A stretch of 64,000 nucleotides of DNA from Tubulanus polymorphus. Lineage: Eukaryota > Animalia > Nemertea. The position numbers and the translations under genes are program-made. Location of the stretch: positions 25,630,560 to 25,694,559 of the forward strand of contig NC_134027.1 of the NCBI RefSeq assembly GCF_964204645.1, in the 5' to 3' direction. Shown here in pieces: positions 63,786 to 64,000 of this stretch. Each line of letters opens with the position of its first letter. Within the stretch, counting starts at the first letter, position 1. The notes under the pieces were generated by a model, which saw only the letters and a program-made list of their open reading frames with translations, was not told the origin of the DNA and searched no databases.

Positions 63786-64000
63786 ATAAGCAATACTGCC
63801 TTCTCCTGTCATGCTAACACAGCTCTTTTCCCGTGTCATTTCTTTTTGCACGATACTTCAACCCTCTCTCGCTCTCTCTCCCTCTCTCTCTACTCTCTAC
63901 TCTCTCTGCATGTCAGTTAGTGAATCTGGCTGTTTATTATTAGAAGCTCATTTTCCAGTTGGCCGCCTGTTTGGCCGCCCGGTATTGCGGTGATGCGCGC

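Overview
Eukaryotic, intron-rich genomic DNA, apparently from an invertebrate (no obvious CpG depletion; taxon not determinable from sequence alone). The only supported protein-coding content is the 5' part of a plasma-membrane Ca2+-ATPase gene (PMCA/ATP2B, P-type IIB) on the + strand. Five coding exons with canonical GT-AG phase-1 introns lie at 47154-47316, 47868-48065, 55592-55828, 60783-60908 and 62264-~62443, and the gene continues past the window. The first ~47 kb is probably mostly 5'-UTR introns, with one good candidate non-coding exon (24126-24173) and weaker candidate first exons. The rest is many short non-autonomous DNA transposons (TA, TWA, CWG, TTAA and 8-bp target duplications), a tRNA-derived SINE, LINE-like tails and over 20 mini/microsatellites. 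Nearly all long ORFs in the track are repeat artefacts. No convincing new multi-gene system was found. The most notable patterns are three MITE families each giving rise to tandem arrays, four in-frame alternative donors at PMCA splice site A, a MITE carrying telomere-like repeats, CTCF-like motifs, and uORFs in the PMCA leader. All coordinates were read by eye and no database searches were run.
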